DNA of 40,188 nt, from IMG/VR virus record IMGVR_UViG_2534681762_000013; one strand, given 5' to 3'. This stretch comes from a virus (Duplodnaviria; Heunggongvirae; Uroviricota; Caudoviricetes). Both the position numbers and the translations under genes were made by a program. Below, in pieces: positions 10,701-19,542 of this stretch. The notes beneath the pieces were generated by a model. It had not been told where the DNA came from. It saw nothing but the letters and a program-made list of their open reading frames with translations, and did not search any database. Within the stretch, counting starts at the first letter, position 1, and the number at the start of each line of letters is the position of its first letter.

Positions 10701-10830
10701 GTTGGAGTCATTACCCCTGCATCTATATGATCAATATTTATAATTTCGCAGTTAGAGAATAAATCACCCTCTCCATCCCAGATAATAATATTTTTCACCA
10801 CGCCATGTTCAATCAGAGCAAAATTACTCA

Positions 10831-12573
10831 TCAGGCATACTCCTCAACAATAACTATTCCCGGGGCACCGTCACCTCCCGATTGAGCCTCACTTCCGGCA
10901 GGTGCGCAGGCTCCGCCTCCGCCAGCACCAAAGCCCTCAGCTTTACCACCACCACGTCCGCTGAATGATGAAGAACTTGCACCACCTATACCGCCTGAAC
11001 CTAGTGGTGTATCCCCCCCGGTACCACCTGCAACAGCTTTAACAGAGATAACCATTGCTCCTGGTGTTTTTGCACTACAGCGAAATGTTCTTAGTACAGT
11101 ACCGGACGATGTCGGACTGGCACCCCATGAAATACCCTGAATATATGATGTGTTTGCAGATGCTCCCCCCGCGCCACCGCCTGTACCACCCGGTGCAGTT
11201 ATCAGGGAACCGAAATAAGTTGTGCCACCTTCACTACCTGAATTTCTTCCGGCTCCCCCCCCTTTACCTGCAGCACCGATAATAACGTTGACTTCGAAAT
11301 CATTATCAACCTCGAAAAATGCTTCAATAAATGCACCGCTCAATCCAGCTCCGGCTGTTGCCTGCTGATTTTCTGTTGTTTCAGGAACCCCACCGCCGCC
11401 GCCACCGCCACCAGAGGCAATGACCCTTATCTTTTTTGTCCCTGGTGTTGGGATATATTTTCCAGAGCTTTTAAAAATATTCGTGTTTAACAAACGACCA
11501 GAGAATCTGGCTTCTCCCAAACCAAGGTATTGTAGAAGGGCTGAAACACTTTTCCCGCTGAGGTTAGTCAAAGTGGCATCGAGGGGCTGTTTCCCCGCCA
11601 GCGCGTTCATCACTGTTGTCGCAAAGTTAGGATCATTCCCCAGCGCAGCTGCCAGTTCATTCAGTGTGTCCAGCGCCTCCGGCGATGAACCAACCAGCCC
11701 GGCAATAGCTGCCTTCACAAATGCTGTAGTGGCAATCTGCGTATTGTTCACAGTCTGCGCCGCAGTCGGAGCCGTTGGCGTTCCGGTCAGGGCTGGGCTT
11801 GCCAGTGGTGCTTTCAGTGCCAGCGCATTGTTAATGGTGGTACTGAAATTCGGGTCATTATTGATAGCTGCCGCAATTTCTTTCAGCGTATCCAGCGTTG
11901 CCGGTGCGCCACCTATCAGGGCAAGAATAGCGGCCTGTACAAAGGCTGTACTGGCAATCAGGGTGCTGTTGTTTCCTGCCGGTGGCGTTGGCGTTTTAGG
12001 CATGCCTGTCAGAGTCGGACTGTCTTTTGGTGCATATTGCGAATGAGGATCAACCGCAGCAAGATGCTTTGCCATCAGGTCATCCACATACACCTTAAGT
12101 TCCAGCACCTTATCATCCACATATTTGCGGGTTGCCAGAACCACAGCGGGGTCAATTTTCAGGGTGATGTTATCCGTGCTGCTGGTAATCAGTACCATTC
12201 GCACGGTCTGCGTGCGTCCGCTGCCCTCCGCCAGCTTCGGCTTGTAGCTCTCCGGGCAGTTTCCCACAGCAATTAGCGCACCTGTTTCATCAAACAGGCC
12301 GACTTCACGAATCCACCACCCGCCCTCATTTTCCGGGATCACCTGCTCAGCAATAATCTGGCTGCTGTTCTGTGGGTCGATATACAGCATATTCAGCGCT
12401 GCGCGGCGTTCCTCAGCCACTAACGCGGTCTGTTGCGCGTTGGGTGTGGGCAGCATACCACCACCGCTGCCCACCGCCATATGGGTAATTTTTAGTGGGA
12501 CACCGAGCGCGGCGGCGCTTACCAGTTTCGCCGCGCCGATATCCGTCAGCAGGGTGTAAAATTTTGCGCTCAT
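10831..12573 (-). CDS. H: tail fibre protein (gpH-like) with constant N-terminal part and a Gly-rich variable C-terminal part
   Basis: 580 aa; N-terminus MSAKFYTLLTDIGAAKL...MAVGSGGG matches remembered P2 gpH; crossover site B lies inside the gene at ...LQYLGLGEA. Confidence 0.85.
   Translation of the reverse strand: MSAKFYTLLTDIGAAKLVSAAALGVPLKITHMAVGSGGGMLPTPNAQQTALVAEERRAALNMLYIDPQNSSQIIAEQVIPENEGGWWIREVGLFDETGALIAVGNCPESYKPKLAEGSGRTQTVRMVLITSSTDNITLKIDPAVVLATRKYVDDKVLELKVYVDDLMAKHLAAVDPHSQYAPKDSPTLTGMPKTPTPPAGNNSTLIASTAFVQAAILALIGGAPATLDTLKEIAAAINNDPNFSTTINNALALKAPLASPALTGTPTAPTAAQTVNNTQIATTAFVKAAIAGLVGSSPEALDTLNELAAALGNDPNFATTVMNALAGKQPLDATLTNLSGKSVSALLQYLGLGEARFSGRLLNTNIFKSSGKYIPTPGTKKIRVIASGGGGGGGGVPETTENQQATAGAGLSGAFIEAFFEVDNDFEVNVIIGAAGKGGGAGRNSGSEGGTTYFGSLITAPGGTGGGAGGASANTSYIQGISWGASPTSSGTVLRTFRCSAKTPGAMVISVKAVAGGTGGDTPLGSGGIGGASSSSFSGRGGGKAEGFGAGGGGACAPAGSEAQSGGDGAPGIVIVEEYA
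11512..11537. other. invertase crossover site B (hix/gix-like) inside H
   Basis: TTCTCCCAAACCAAGGTATTGTAGAA; inverted partner of site A. Confidence 0.55.
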
Positions 12574-13175
12574 GGGTTCACTCTCATCGTGTCAATAACA
12601 TGGACCGCCCCGCCCTCATAAGCGGTGCCGCCGGAAATAATGGTTTCGTTGATATACGGGTAGATCGTGATTTCTTCGCCGGTGTAGGTGGCTGCGCCCA
12701 CAAAATACGGGCCACCTGTCTGCAGGTTGATGGACATACCAACCAGGTGACGGCTGCACGGTTTGGCGTCACCGATCAGGCGCTCCAGCTCCAGATAGGT
12801 TTCTTCTGTTATGCCCTGGTCCTGCACGCCAATATCCAGACGGAACGTCCCTGGTATTTCGCCAGTCTGCCACCACTCAATGATGCGGATCAGAAAGCCG
12901 AACGGCTCCACCACGCGCCGCACGGCGCTGGTTGTCCCCTTGTGCTGATGGATATAAAAAGCGTCCTGCACAACGCGGCGCTTGACGCTTTCTGTCCAGC
13001 TCTCATCCCAGCGGTCAACAGAAAACGCCCAGGCCAGATAAGGCAGGAATCTGACCGGGCAGATTGACGGATTCCACAAATCACGCAGCGATACCTGCAG
13101 ATCGGAAATCCCGCTGCAGGTCTGCGCCAGTCGGCGCTCAAGCGGCGACGAACCCGGCGGCAACAGGCTATTCAT
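12570..13175 (-). CDS. I: baseplate protein gpI-like
   Basis: 201 aa from the Met with a GGGGG RBS (MNSLLPPGSSPLERRLAQ...); sits between J and H. Confidence 0.8.
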   Translation of the reverse strand: MNSLLPPGSSPLERRLAQTCSGISDLQVSLRDLWNPSICPVRFLPYLAWAFSVDRWDESWTESVKRRVVQDAFYIHQHKGTTSAVRRVVEPFGFLIRIIEWWQTGEIPGTFRLDIGVQDQGITEETYLELERLIGDAKPCSRHLVGMSINLQTGGPYFVGAATYTGEEITIYPYINETIISGGTAYEGGAVHVIDTMRVNP

Positions 13176-14076
13176 CCGTGCCCCCGTTGATGATGCTCCA
13201 TTCAGTACAGGATGCCGCCTGCGTCTTATCCAGCACCACATCACCCTGCGGGGACGCCAGCTCCACACGCTGGACGCCCTCCACATGCAACGCGGCATAA
13301 ATGGCGCTGCGGCGGATATCGCGTCCCAGCCGCGTCTGACTGGCGATGTATTTCTGCAGACTGGCTTTTGCTTCTGCCATCACCGGCTCAGCCTCCGGCC
13401 CCGGATAAAGGAAGATCGTTGCGTCCACGCTGTACGGAATAATTTCTGCGCTGCGCACCGTCAGGCGGTCTGCCACCGGGCGAACTTTTTCACTGTTAAG
13501 CGCCTGCTCAACCACCGCCAGCAGGTCAGCCCCTGCCGTACCGTCCCCCTCACGGCTCAGCACGGTAAGCACCACCTCTGCCGGTGCCGGACTGGTTGCG
13601 CTGGCATCAGCCACCCGCCCGTCGGCACTTCTGGCGTGGAACTCATAGGCTCCCGTCGGCCCTGCAACGGACAGCCCCTCAAATGCTGCAGGAATGCGCT
13701 GGCGTAATGCTTCATCACTTTCCATCACTGCGGCGACCGGCGGCACCGAGTCATTATCTGCAGGGACTACCGTCAGGCGCTTCACGTTGCAGTTACCTGC
13801 CAGTTGTTCAAGGTCATTTCCCATGGAATAGGCCACCATGACCGCCTGCGCAGCCTCATTAATTCGCTGACGCAGCAGGATTTCGCGGTAAGTATTTTCC
13901 TGCAGCAGTTTGGTGACAGGTTCTGACTCCAGCGCTAACGTGCGCATAACAGCCTCCTGTTCATCAGCCGGATGGAGGGCCACAAAGGCGGCCTTGCGTT
14001 CTGCCAGCAATGCCTCAAAGTCCGGCACATCCACAATCTGCGGCGGCGGTAGCCGGGAAAGGTCAATGACTGCCAT
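13168..14076 (-). CDS. J: baseplate protein gpJ-like
   Basis: 302 aa from MAVIDLSRLPPPQIVD with an AGGAG RBS; the ORF-track N-terminal extension overlaps W. Confidence 0.85.
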   Translation of the reverse strand: MAVIDLSRLPPPQIVDVPDFEALLAERKAAFVALHPADEQEAVMRTLALESEPVTKLLQENTYREILLRQRINEAAQAVMVAYSMGNDLEQLAGNCNVKRLTVVPADNDSVPPVAAVMESDEALRQRIPAAFEGLSVAGPTGAYEFHARSADGRVADASATSPAPAEVVLTVLSREGDGTAGADLLAVVEQALNSEKVRPVADRLTVRSAEIIPYSVDATIFLYPGPEAEPVMAEAKASLQKYIASQTRLGRDIRRSAIYAALHVEGVQRVELASPQGDVVLDKTQAASCTEWSIINGGTDE

Positions 14077-14422
14077 TGTCTGCTCCTGTTGATACGGAAA
14101 GGGAAACCGGTGCGCCGTTATTGCCGTGTCCGGTAAGTTCAACCACCATAGAGCCATCAAAATTGCCGTTGATGGTGATGGAGTCCAGCGTAAGGCGCGG
14201 CTCCCAACGGTTCAGCGCCACATAGACCGCAGACATAATCTGCAGGCGCAGCGCCGGGGTCTGCGGCTGGTCTATCAGGGCAGACAGCAGGGAACCATAT
14301 TCCCGACGCGCAAGACGACTGCCCTGCGGCGTCAGCAGAATATCCCGCACCGACTGGCGCAGATGGTCTGTATCTGCAATGGTCTGCCCGTCATTCCTGC
14401 TCATACCGATATACAACGTCAT
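14063..14422 (-). CDS. W: baseplate wedge protein gpW-like
   Basis: 119-aa ORF between V and J, P2 order. Confidence 0.8.
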   Translation of the reverse strand: MTLYIGMSRNDGQTIADTDHLRQSVRDILLTPQGSRLARREYGSLLSALIDQPQTPALRLQIMSAVYVALNRWEPRLTLDSITINGNFDGSMVVELTGHGNNGAPVSLSVSTGADNGSH

Positions 14423-15015
14423 ACCGGTCCCCCCGTGTTGTCGCCGCCTTTCAGAACGCCAGTATGCTCATGGTCATCAACTACGATCCCGTTAGAACTC
14501 ATTGCGCCGCCGCCCTGGGTGACGCCGCCATTGATCACCACCTCGCTGTTAATGCGCGTGGTGTCAGCCTCCACCACAAACTCACCGGTTTTGTAGGTGA
14601 TACTGTCTGATGCCTCGATCACCATGGATTTGATGCCCCTGACATGCCACCGTCCGGTGGCGGGTTCATACTCAAACCATCCCCCGTCCGGGTACTCCGT
14701 CACGCAGCCGTCCACGGAATCCGACGGTGGCGGAAACTGATTGGAGTAGATAGCGGGCAGCACAAAAGCGGTTTCCAGATTGCCGCCCATGCTCAGCAAC
14801 ACCACCTGCTCATCCGGCGACGGACACCACCATGTACGGGCACCACCGGCGCGCAGCGTCAGCCAGTTAATCCAGTTAGTTTCAAGCTCGCCCACTTTCA
14901 CCCGACACAGCCACTTTTTCCGGTCCACTTCGGTCACAGTGCCGGTACGGATCAGATTGGTGATAAGGCGCATGATTTCGGTAAGTTGTGTGTTCATACT
15001 GCCTATATTGAACAT
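14419..15015 (-). CDS. V: baseplate spike/assembly protein gpV-like
   Basis: 198-aa ORF, first gene of the V-W-J-I-H block. Confidence 0.82.
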   Translation of the reverse strand: MFNIGSMNTQLTEIMRLITNLIRTGTVTEVDRKKWLCRVKVGELETNWINWLTLRAGGARTWWCPSPDEQVVLLSMGGNLETAFVLPAIYSNQFPPPSDSVDGCVTEYPDGGWFEYEPATGRWHVRGIKSMVIEASDSITYKTGEFVVEADTTRINSEVVINGGVTQGGGAMSSNGIVVDDHEHTGVLKGGDNTGGPV

Positions 15016-15105
15016 TTGAAATGATTCGTACGAACCAGCATAATTGTGTTATAGCTGGTACAAACAGTTGATAAGTTCGACTCAACCAAAACAAGGAGTA
15101 AGTTG

Positions 15106-16359
15106 ATGTATAAAATACAAAGCATCGCTATCAATGGTTTTTGGCAAAGATTAAATGCTCTTTGCTCTTTTAATGATGATGTAAACATCATCATTGGAAG
15201 GAATGGAACCGGCAAAACAACTTTTATGAATATTTTGCATTCAATTTTATCAATTGACCTTGATGGCATTAACAACAATGATTTCAATAGTGCCGAAATA
15301 AAACTAAAGGACAAAAAGAAAACTAAGACAATAAAAATTAAGAAAATCGAGAGTGATACATCACCGTTCTCTAAAATAGAGTATCAACTTTCATCAAAAA
15401 AACATACCATCCGACTATTCAACGCCGATGACAGAAGAATCTCCCTCAGTTATAGACGCAGAGCACAAGAAGAGACTGAGGAGTTAAGAGCAGAATTAGC
15501 AAAACTGGTTTCACTCTCATCTTTATCCGTCTATAGACTAAGGAATAGTGACGACTTTGAGGTTAGAGACAAATACGGCTCTCGCTTTATCAACCCTGTC
15601 GATTATAAACTATCAGAATTAATGCAGGAATTAACAAAATATCAACTTGAATTATCTCAACGAGCGAGAGATATTGCATTAGAACTTCAAAAAGAAGTTT
15701 TAGCATCTATTCTATATAGTAAAGATGATATTGATGATAAGGCGTACAACATTCAATTTAACAAGGAGGAAGAAAAACAAAACCTTTTAAGTGCGTACAC
15801 ACAACTAAACGCTATTGATATGAATGTCCGTCGGAAAATAAATTTCCATGTTGACACTATTGATCACACCATTGCAGAATTAAAACAAAATAAAAAAGAT
15901 GGTTTTGACATCCGCTCAATTGAAGCGCTAAGAAAGACACAAAAAATAATTAGAATGTCTTTAAAATCTAAAGAAAAAACATCTTTAGTTTTCGCTCCCA
16001 TTGAACAATTTTTAAGTATTTTAAAAGAATTTATTACTGATAAGGAATTTGACTTTCAAGGCGGAATACTTTCCATAAAGAATACTTACGGACCAATAAT
16101 TCAGGAAAATTTATCTTCAGGTGAGAAGCAATTACTTATTTTATTCATAGAAACCCTATTACAAAGAGAAAAACAATATATTTTCCTAACAGATGAGCCT
16201 GAACTCTCCCTACATATTCAATGGCAAAGAAACATTATCCCAGCAATCAAAAAACTCAATCCCAATGCACAAGTAATAGCTGCCACACATTCTCCAGAAG
16301 TAGCTTCAAAATACAGGAGTGCAATTTTTAACATGGAGAAACTTGTCAATGTCCAATAA
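15106..16359 (+). CDS. ABC/OLD-family ATPase (AriA-like), first gene of a two-gene cargo operon
   Basis: 417 aa from the ATG with an AAGGAG RBS 7 nt upstream; Walker A GRNGTGKTT, ABC signature-like LSSGEKQ, Walker B IFLTDEPE, His-switch ATHS; strongly AT-rich codon usage unlike flanking phage genes. Confidence 0.8.
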   Translation: MYKIQSIAINGFWQRLNALCSFNDDVNIIIGRNGTGKTTFMNILHSILSIDLDGINNNDFNSAEIKLKDKKKTKTIKIKKIESDTSPFSKIEYQLSSKKHTIRLFNADDRRISLSYRRRAQEETEELRAELAKLVSLSSLSVYRLRNSDDFEVRDKYGSRFINPVDYKLSELMQELTKYQLELSQRARDIALELQKEVLASILYSKDDIDDKAYNIQFNKEEEKQNLLSAYTQLNAIDMNVRRKINFHVDTIDHTIAELKQNKKDGFDIRSIEALRKTQKIIRMSLKSKEKTSLVFAPIEQFLSILKEFITDKEFDFQGGILSIKNTYGPIIQENLSSGEKQLLILFIETLLQREKQYIFLTDEPELSLHIQWQRNIIPAIKKLNPNAQVIAATHSPEVASKYRSAIFNMEKLVNVQ

Positions 16360-17206
16360 TGAGATTCGAACAGATAACTTTAATTGGTCTGACGAGGCGG
16401 AAAATGTTATCAGCATGTTTTATGATGCTGATATCATGGTATATGTTGAAGGTGAGGATGATATTGGATTTTGGGAAATAGTTTTCAAAAAAAATGGTCG
16501 ACTAAGTGTTGAAGTGCAAGAAGTTGGAGGGTGTGAAGCATTAGAACCTTATATTGAGCGAATCACATCAGGACAAATAAACGCAATTGTTGCCCGCGAT
16601 GCAGATCTGAATCATTTTTCATCCAACTTAGTAAATCATACAAACATCATCTATACAAAAGGTTACTCAATTGAAAATACTATAGTCGATGAGAAAGTCC
16701 TATCCCGTGTGTTAAAACACATGGGAAGATACAGTGCCAAAGAAATCCAAGGAATAAATATAAACTCCTGGCTATTAGAGTTTTATAACAATATTGAAGA
16801 CCTAATTGCCTTAGATATTTACAATCATTTAAATCAGCGTGGCTATTCCGTAGTAGGTGATTCATGCGATAGATTTATGCAATCAAAAAACTCTTACAAA
16901 ACATGTCAAGATAAGATAAATGCTTATATTCAAACCCTTCCTGATGATTTCAGAAATGTAGGGTTAGCAGAAAAAAACAACATTCAATTTCCTGCCAACA
17001 CTTGCATAACGCATTGGATAAAGGGGCACTTTCTATTCTCAGCATCATTAAGATTCATAACCAATTACTTAGCTAAAAATGAGAGAAAAACTGCAATATC
17101 AAAAGATAGTTTTTATTCAAATATGCTAACGGCTTTTGAATTATTCTTTACTGAAGAACATGCGGATTATGATTACTACAATCAAAAAATATCACTAATT
17201 TCATAG
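16349..17206 (+). CDS. DUF4435/TOPRIM-like protein (AriB-like), second gene of the cargo operon
   Basis: 285 aa from MSNNEIR; start overlaps the gene-1 stop by 11 nt with a GGAG RBS; acidic motifs VYVEGEDD and ARDAD consistent with a TOPRIM-type metal site; AT-rich. Confidence 0.72.
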   Translation: MSNNEIRTDNFNWSDEAENVISMFYDADIMVYVEGEDDIGFWEIVFKKNGRLSVEVQEVGGCEALEPYIERITSGQINAIVARDADLNHFSSNLVNHTNIIYTKGYSIENTIVDEKVLSRVLKHMGRYSAKEIQGININSWLLEFYNNIEDLIALDIYNHLNQRGYSVVGDSCDRFMQSKNSYKTCQDKINAYIQTLPDDFRNVGLAEKNNIQFPANTCITHWIKGHFLFSASLRFITNYLAKNERKTAISKDSFYSNMLTAFELFFTEEHADYDYYNQKISLIS

Positions 17207-17210
17207 AGTT

Positions 17211-17250
17211 ATGGCTGGCAATTAGCCAGCCATTTGGCTTTACTATTTTT
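17211..17250 (+). terminator. hairpin plus T-tract between the convergent cargo operon and gene S
   Basis: ATGGCTGGC-AATTA-GCCAGCCAT stem-loop followed by TTTGGCTTTACTATTTTTT. Confidence 0.4.
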
Positions 17251-17262
17251 TACCACGATACA

Positions 17263-17709
17263 TTATGTATTAAATAAAGACATAATTAATATATTTTTAA
17301 TGCAATCATTATTCTCATTGAATCCAAGTAACCTTCGTTCTCTATAAATTACTAATGGTCCATTGCGGCTAACACGATCACGTAAGCCGTAATGGTGTAC
17401 CCGAGCGATACGCTGCACTTGTCCCACAAACTGCACGCTCGCAGAGTTCGCGCTCACTGCAGCTTTCAGGTATTTGGTGGTGCGAAGTTTTGCAAACATC
17501 TGGCGTTTGATGCGCTCCTTTTTGCTGCGGGCTGTTACCCGGCGCGGCTCGTAGCCGGTTCCGTCGGGGTTGCGCTGCAGGCGGATGTTGTTCTGCTGAT
17601 TTCGACGCAGCTGCTGCGCCAGTTCACACATCATGTGCTGACGCGCAGCCGGCTCCAGATTCGCCAGCAGCGCTGTCAGCCACTCATCCACTTTATGCAG
17701 ATTTTCCAC
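17263..17709 (-). CDS. S: tail completion protein gpS-like
   Basis: 148-aa ORF in P2 position after R. Confidence 0.75.
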   Translation of the reverse strand: MENLHKVDEWLTALLANLEPAARQHMMCELAQQLRRNQQNNIRLQRNPDGTGYEPRRVTARSKKERIKRQMFAKLRTTKYLKAAVSANSASVQFVGQVQRIARVHHYGLRDRVSRNGPLVIYRERRLLGFNENNDCIKNILIMSLFNT

Positions 17710-18154
17710 GTTTCACCGTCCACATTTCTTCTGGCTCGTCGGGTTCTGGCTCCGCCTCAACCGTTGAGATACCGCCGTCAGTGCTGACCAGTACACGCTC
17801 CGTCAGTTGCAGATTCAGGCTGATATCGCACACATCATTGCGCAGAATATCCACTTCAAAGGTGAACAGTTTTTCGCGCAGCTCCGGGTTGTTGATGGCG
17901 TCCGCCTGATTTTCGCTGAGCCACAGCAACACGGGAGCCATCAGCAGATTCTGGTCGCCGCTGAAATCCTCGATCACAACGTTCAGGGTGTAGCGGTATT
18001 CCCATGACATAGAGCTGGCACCGGTTGCCACCAGTGAGCCGTTATCAACGAAAAGGTGCAGCTTATCCGGGTTGTTGCGGACATACGCCACCGCTTTATT
18101 CAGGGCGCTGCGCAGGGACTGCGGTTTGTTCACTGTTTCGCTCCTGACACGCAA
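17693..18154 (-). CDS. R: tail completion protein gpR-like
   Basis: 153-aa ORF in P2 position after the lysis genes. Confidence 0.75.
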   Translation of the reverse strand: MRVRSETVNKPQSLRSALNKAVAYVRNNPDKLHLFVDNGSLVATGASSMSWEYRYTLNVVIEDFSGDQNLLMAPVLLWLSENQADAINNPELREKLFTFEVDILRNDVCDISLNLQLTERVLVSTDGGISTVEAEPEPDEPEEMWTVKRGKSA

Positions 18155-18386
18155 CTATCGTGTCGACTTTGTCAGCACAGACCGCCCAGGCGGCCTCTGT
18201 TTCATCCAGCGCCGCATTCAGATCACCGTTACTGCGCGGCGCTGACCTTTCCAGGCGGCACTGCGTCACTCTGGGACAGCCATTCACGGTAAGCTGCACC
18301 TCCGGCAAGGGCCGGACGTTCACGCAGCCTGATAATGTCAGCAGGCAAAGGAGTGTCAGCCCAGCGGCGCAAATCCTCGTTTTCAC
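18096..18386 (-). CDS. lysC: outer-membrane spanin lipoprotein (LysC/Rz1-like)
   Basis: 96 aa with lipoprotein signal LTLSGC, embedded out of frame at the 3' end of lysB. Confidence 0.6.
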   Translation of the reverse strand: MKTRICAAGLTLLCLLTLSGCVNVRPLPEVQLTVNGCPRVTQCRLERSAPRSNGDLNAALDETEAAWAVCADKVDTIVACQERNSEQTAVPAQRPE

Positions 18387-18657
18387 GTATCAGTTCCTCG
18401 ATCCGGCGCTGGCGGCCTCGCAACAGTGCGGTGGTCTGTTCCGCTGCCGCATAAAGCCGAGTCTGCTCCCGGCTGTTGGTTTCGGTCAGAATGGACAGGC
18501 CGACCAACTGACTGTTTTTCTTCGTCAGTTCCTGCGTTTTGTTTTTCAGCGCCGTGCCCTGCGTCTCAATGATGTGACTGGCATTGTTAAGCCGCCACGA
18601 CTGCCAGCCCAGCGCAATAAGAACCAGCGCCAGCCCTAAAATCAGTACGCGATTCAT
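18229..18657 (-). CDS. lysB: inner-membrane spanin (LysB/Rz-like)
   Basis: 142 aa with N-terminal transmembrane segment and coiled-coil remainder. Confidence 0.7.
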   Translation of the reverse strand: MNRVLILGLALVLIALGWQSWRLNNASHIIETQGTALKNKTQELTKKNSQLVGLSILTETNSREQTRLYAAAEQTTALLRGRQRRIEELIRENEDLRRWADTPLPADIIRLRERPALAGGAAYREWLSQSDAVPPGKVSAAQ

Positions 18658-19028
18658 TCCCGCAATGCCTTTAATTCATCCTTGATTGCCAGGCCAATGG
18701 CAACGGTAGATACATAAACCAGCCCCGTCAGTTTCCACCCGGCAAGCAACATCACAAAGGCAACAGCCAGACGCAGATACCAGGTGAGATTGATTGCGTC
18801 CATCATCCTTAATACCCTCCCCAGCAGGAATCTGACCTTTAGCCGGTCATTACCTGTCAGAGTGCAGGAATAAAGCCCGGCAAAGCAGACCAGAGAAAAC
18901 GCGGCAAACTCAAACCACATGATCAGCGCCAGGGGGAAAAGCGCATGGGAGGCAGGGAAAATCACATCAACCATTACAAGAAACGCCAGAACCGAAAGCG
19001 GCAACCAGTAACTTTTTAACCATTTCAT
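18654..19028 (-). CDS. lysA: LysA-like membrane protein (lysis timing)
   Basis: 124-aa multi-span hydrophobic ORF between K and lysB. Confidence 0.65.
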   Translation of the reverse strand: MKWLKSYWLPLSVLAFLVMVDVIFPASHALFPLALIMWFEFAAFSLVCFAGLYSCTLTGNDRLKVRFLLGRVLRMMDAINLTWYLRLAVAFVMLLAGWKLTGLVYVSTVAIGLAIKDELKALRE

Positions 19029-19029
19029 T

Positions 19030-19542
19030 TCAGGACGCTCCCTTTAAGCACCAGGCCATTTCCCGCGCGCGGCGGTTCTCCAGACCTTTATTTTTCACAC
19101 CGTTAACATAAATCCAGCGCGGTAGCTGGTTGCATGCCTGCCACCACTGCTGGCGATTGATATATGACACCATGGTTGACCTGCAGATCGCGCCGGTCCC
19201 CACATTGAAACCAATACTCACCAGCGCATCGTAGACATGTTGCGGAGGCTTAACCGTCAGGCAGGCGTCCAGCCTTTTTTCAGTCAGTAGTACATTGTTT
19301 ATTAACCCCTGCGCCGCCTGCCGTTCCGTGATAGCTTTCCCCGGCACCACACCGGACGTATTGCCGATCCCGTCAGTCCAGGCGCCCGCGCTGCACTGAT
19401 AAGGCTGCAGGCGGCATCCCTCGTAATCGGCGATCAGTTTCAGCCCCTCAACGGAAGTTTTGAGCGACTGAAAACCGGGCAGCGTGGCGGCGATAGCCAG
19501 CACAGCCCCGACAAGACAGCGCTTAACGATTGAAGGATTCAT
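19030..19542 (-). CDS. K: endolysin (gpK-like lysozyme)
   Basis: 170 aa from the Met preceded by a GGGGGG RBS (MNPSIVKRC...), with catalytic-region motifs EGLKLIADYEGCRL...YQCSAGAWTDGIGNT. Confidence 0.8.
   Translation of the reverse strand: MNPSIVKRCLVGAVLAIAATLPGFQSLKTSVEGLKLIADYEGCRLQPYQCSAGAWTDGIGNTSGVVPGKAITERQAAQGLINNVLLTEKRLDACLTVKPPQHVYDALVSIGFNVGTGAICRSTMVSYINRQQWWQACNQLPRWIYVNGVKNKGLENRRAREMAWCLKGAS

Larger units (their letters stand above)
9948..10715 (+). mobile_element. IS1 insertion sequence (768 bp)
   Basis: Terminal inverted repeats GGTGATGCTG...CAACTTACTG and ...GTCATTACC; insA and insB frames present; flanked by a perfect 9-bp direct duplication CCTGCATCT at 9939..9947 and 10716..10724. 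Confidence 0.95.
9791..10831 (-). pseudogene. tail fibre assembly gene of the expressed orientation, interrupted by IS1
   Basis: ATG overlaps the H stop (MSNFALIEHGVVKNIIIWDGEG...); the frame is broken at the IS1 junction and resumes in frame across the target duplication to ...[19 protein letters not shown] and a stop at 9791; reconstructed product 87 aa. Confidence 0.6.

Noticed and set aside
11420-12046. 208-aa + strand ORF inside the tail fibre gene H (and 20476..21312 +, 21682..22515 +, 23643..24266 -)
   Set aside because: Antisense to strongly supported structural genes (H, M/N, O, P) and lacking independent features.
15045-15062. TGT-N12-ACA dyad (TGTGTTATAGCTGGTACA) between V and the cargo operon, considered as an Ogr-dependent late promoter site
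   Set aside because: It lies only 30-47 bp from the V start codon and about 45 bp from the cargo ATG, too close for a -55-centred activator site in either direction; such a dyad is expected several times by chance in 40 kb.
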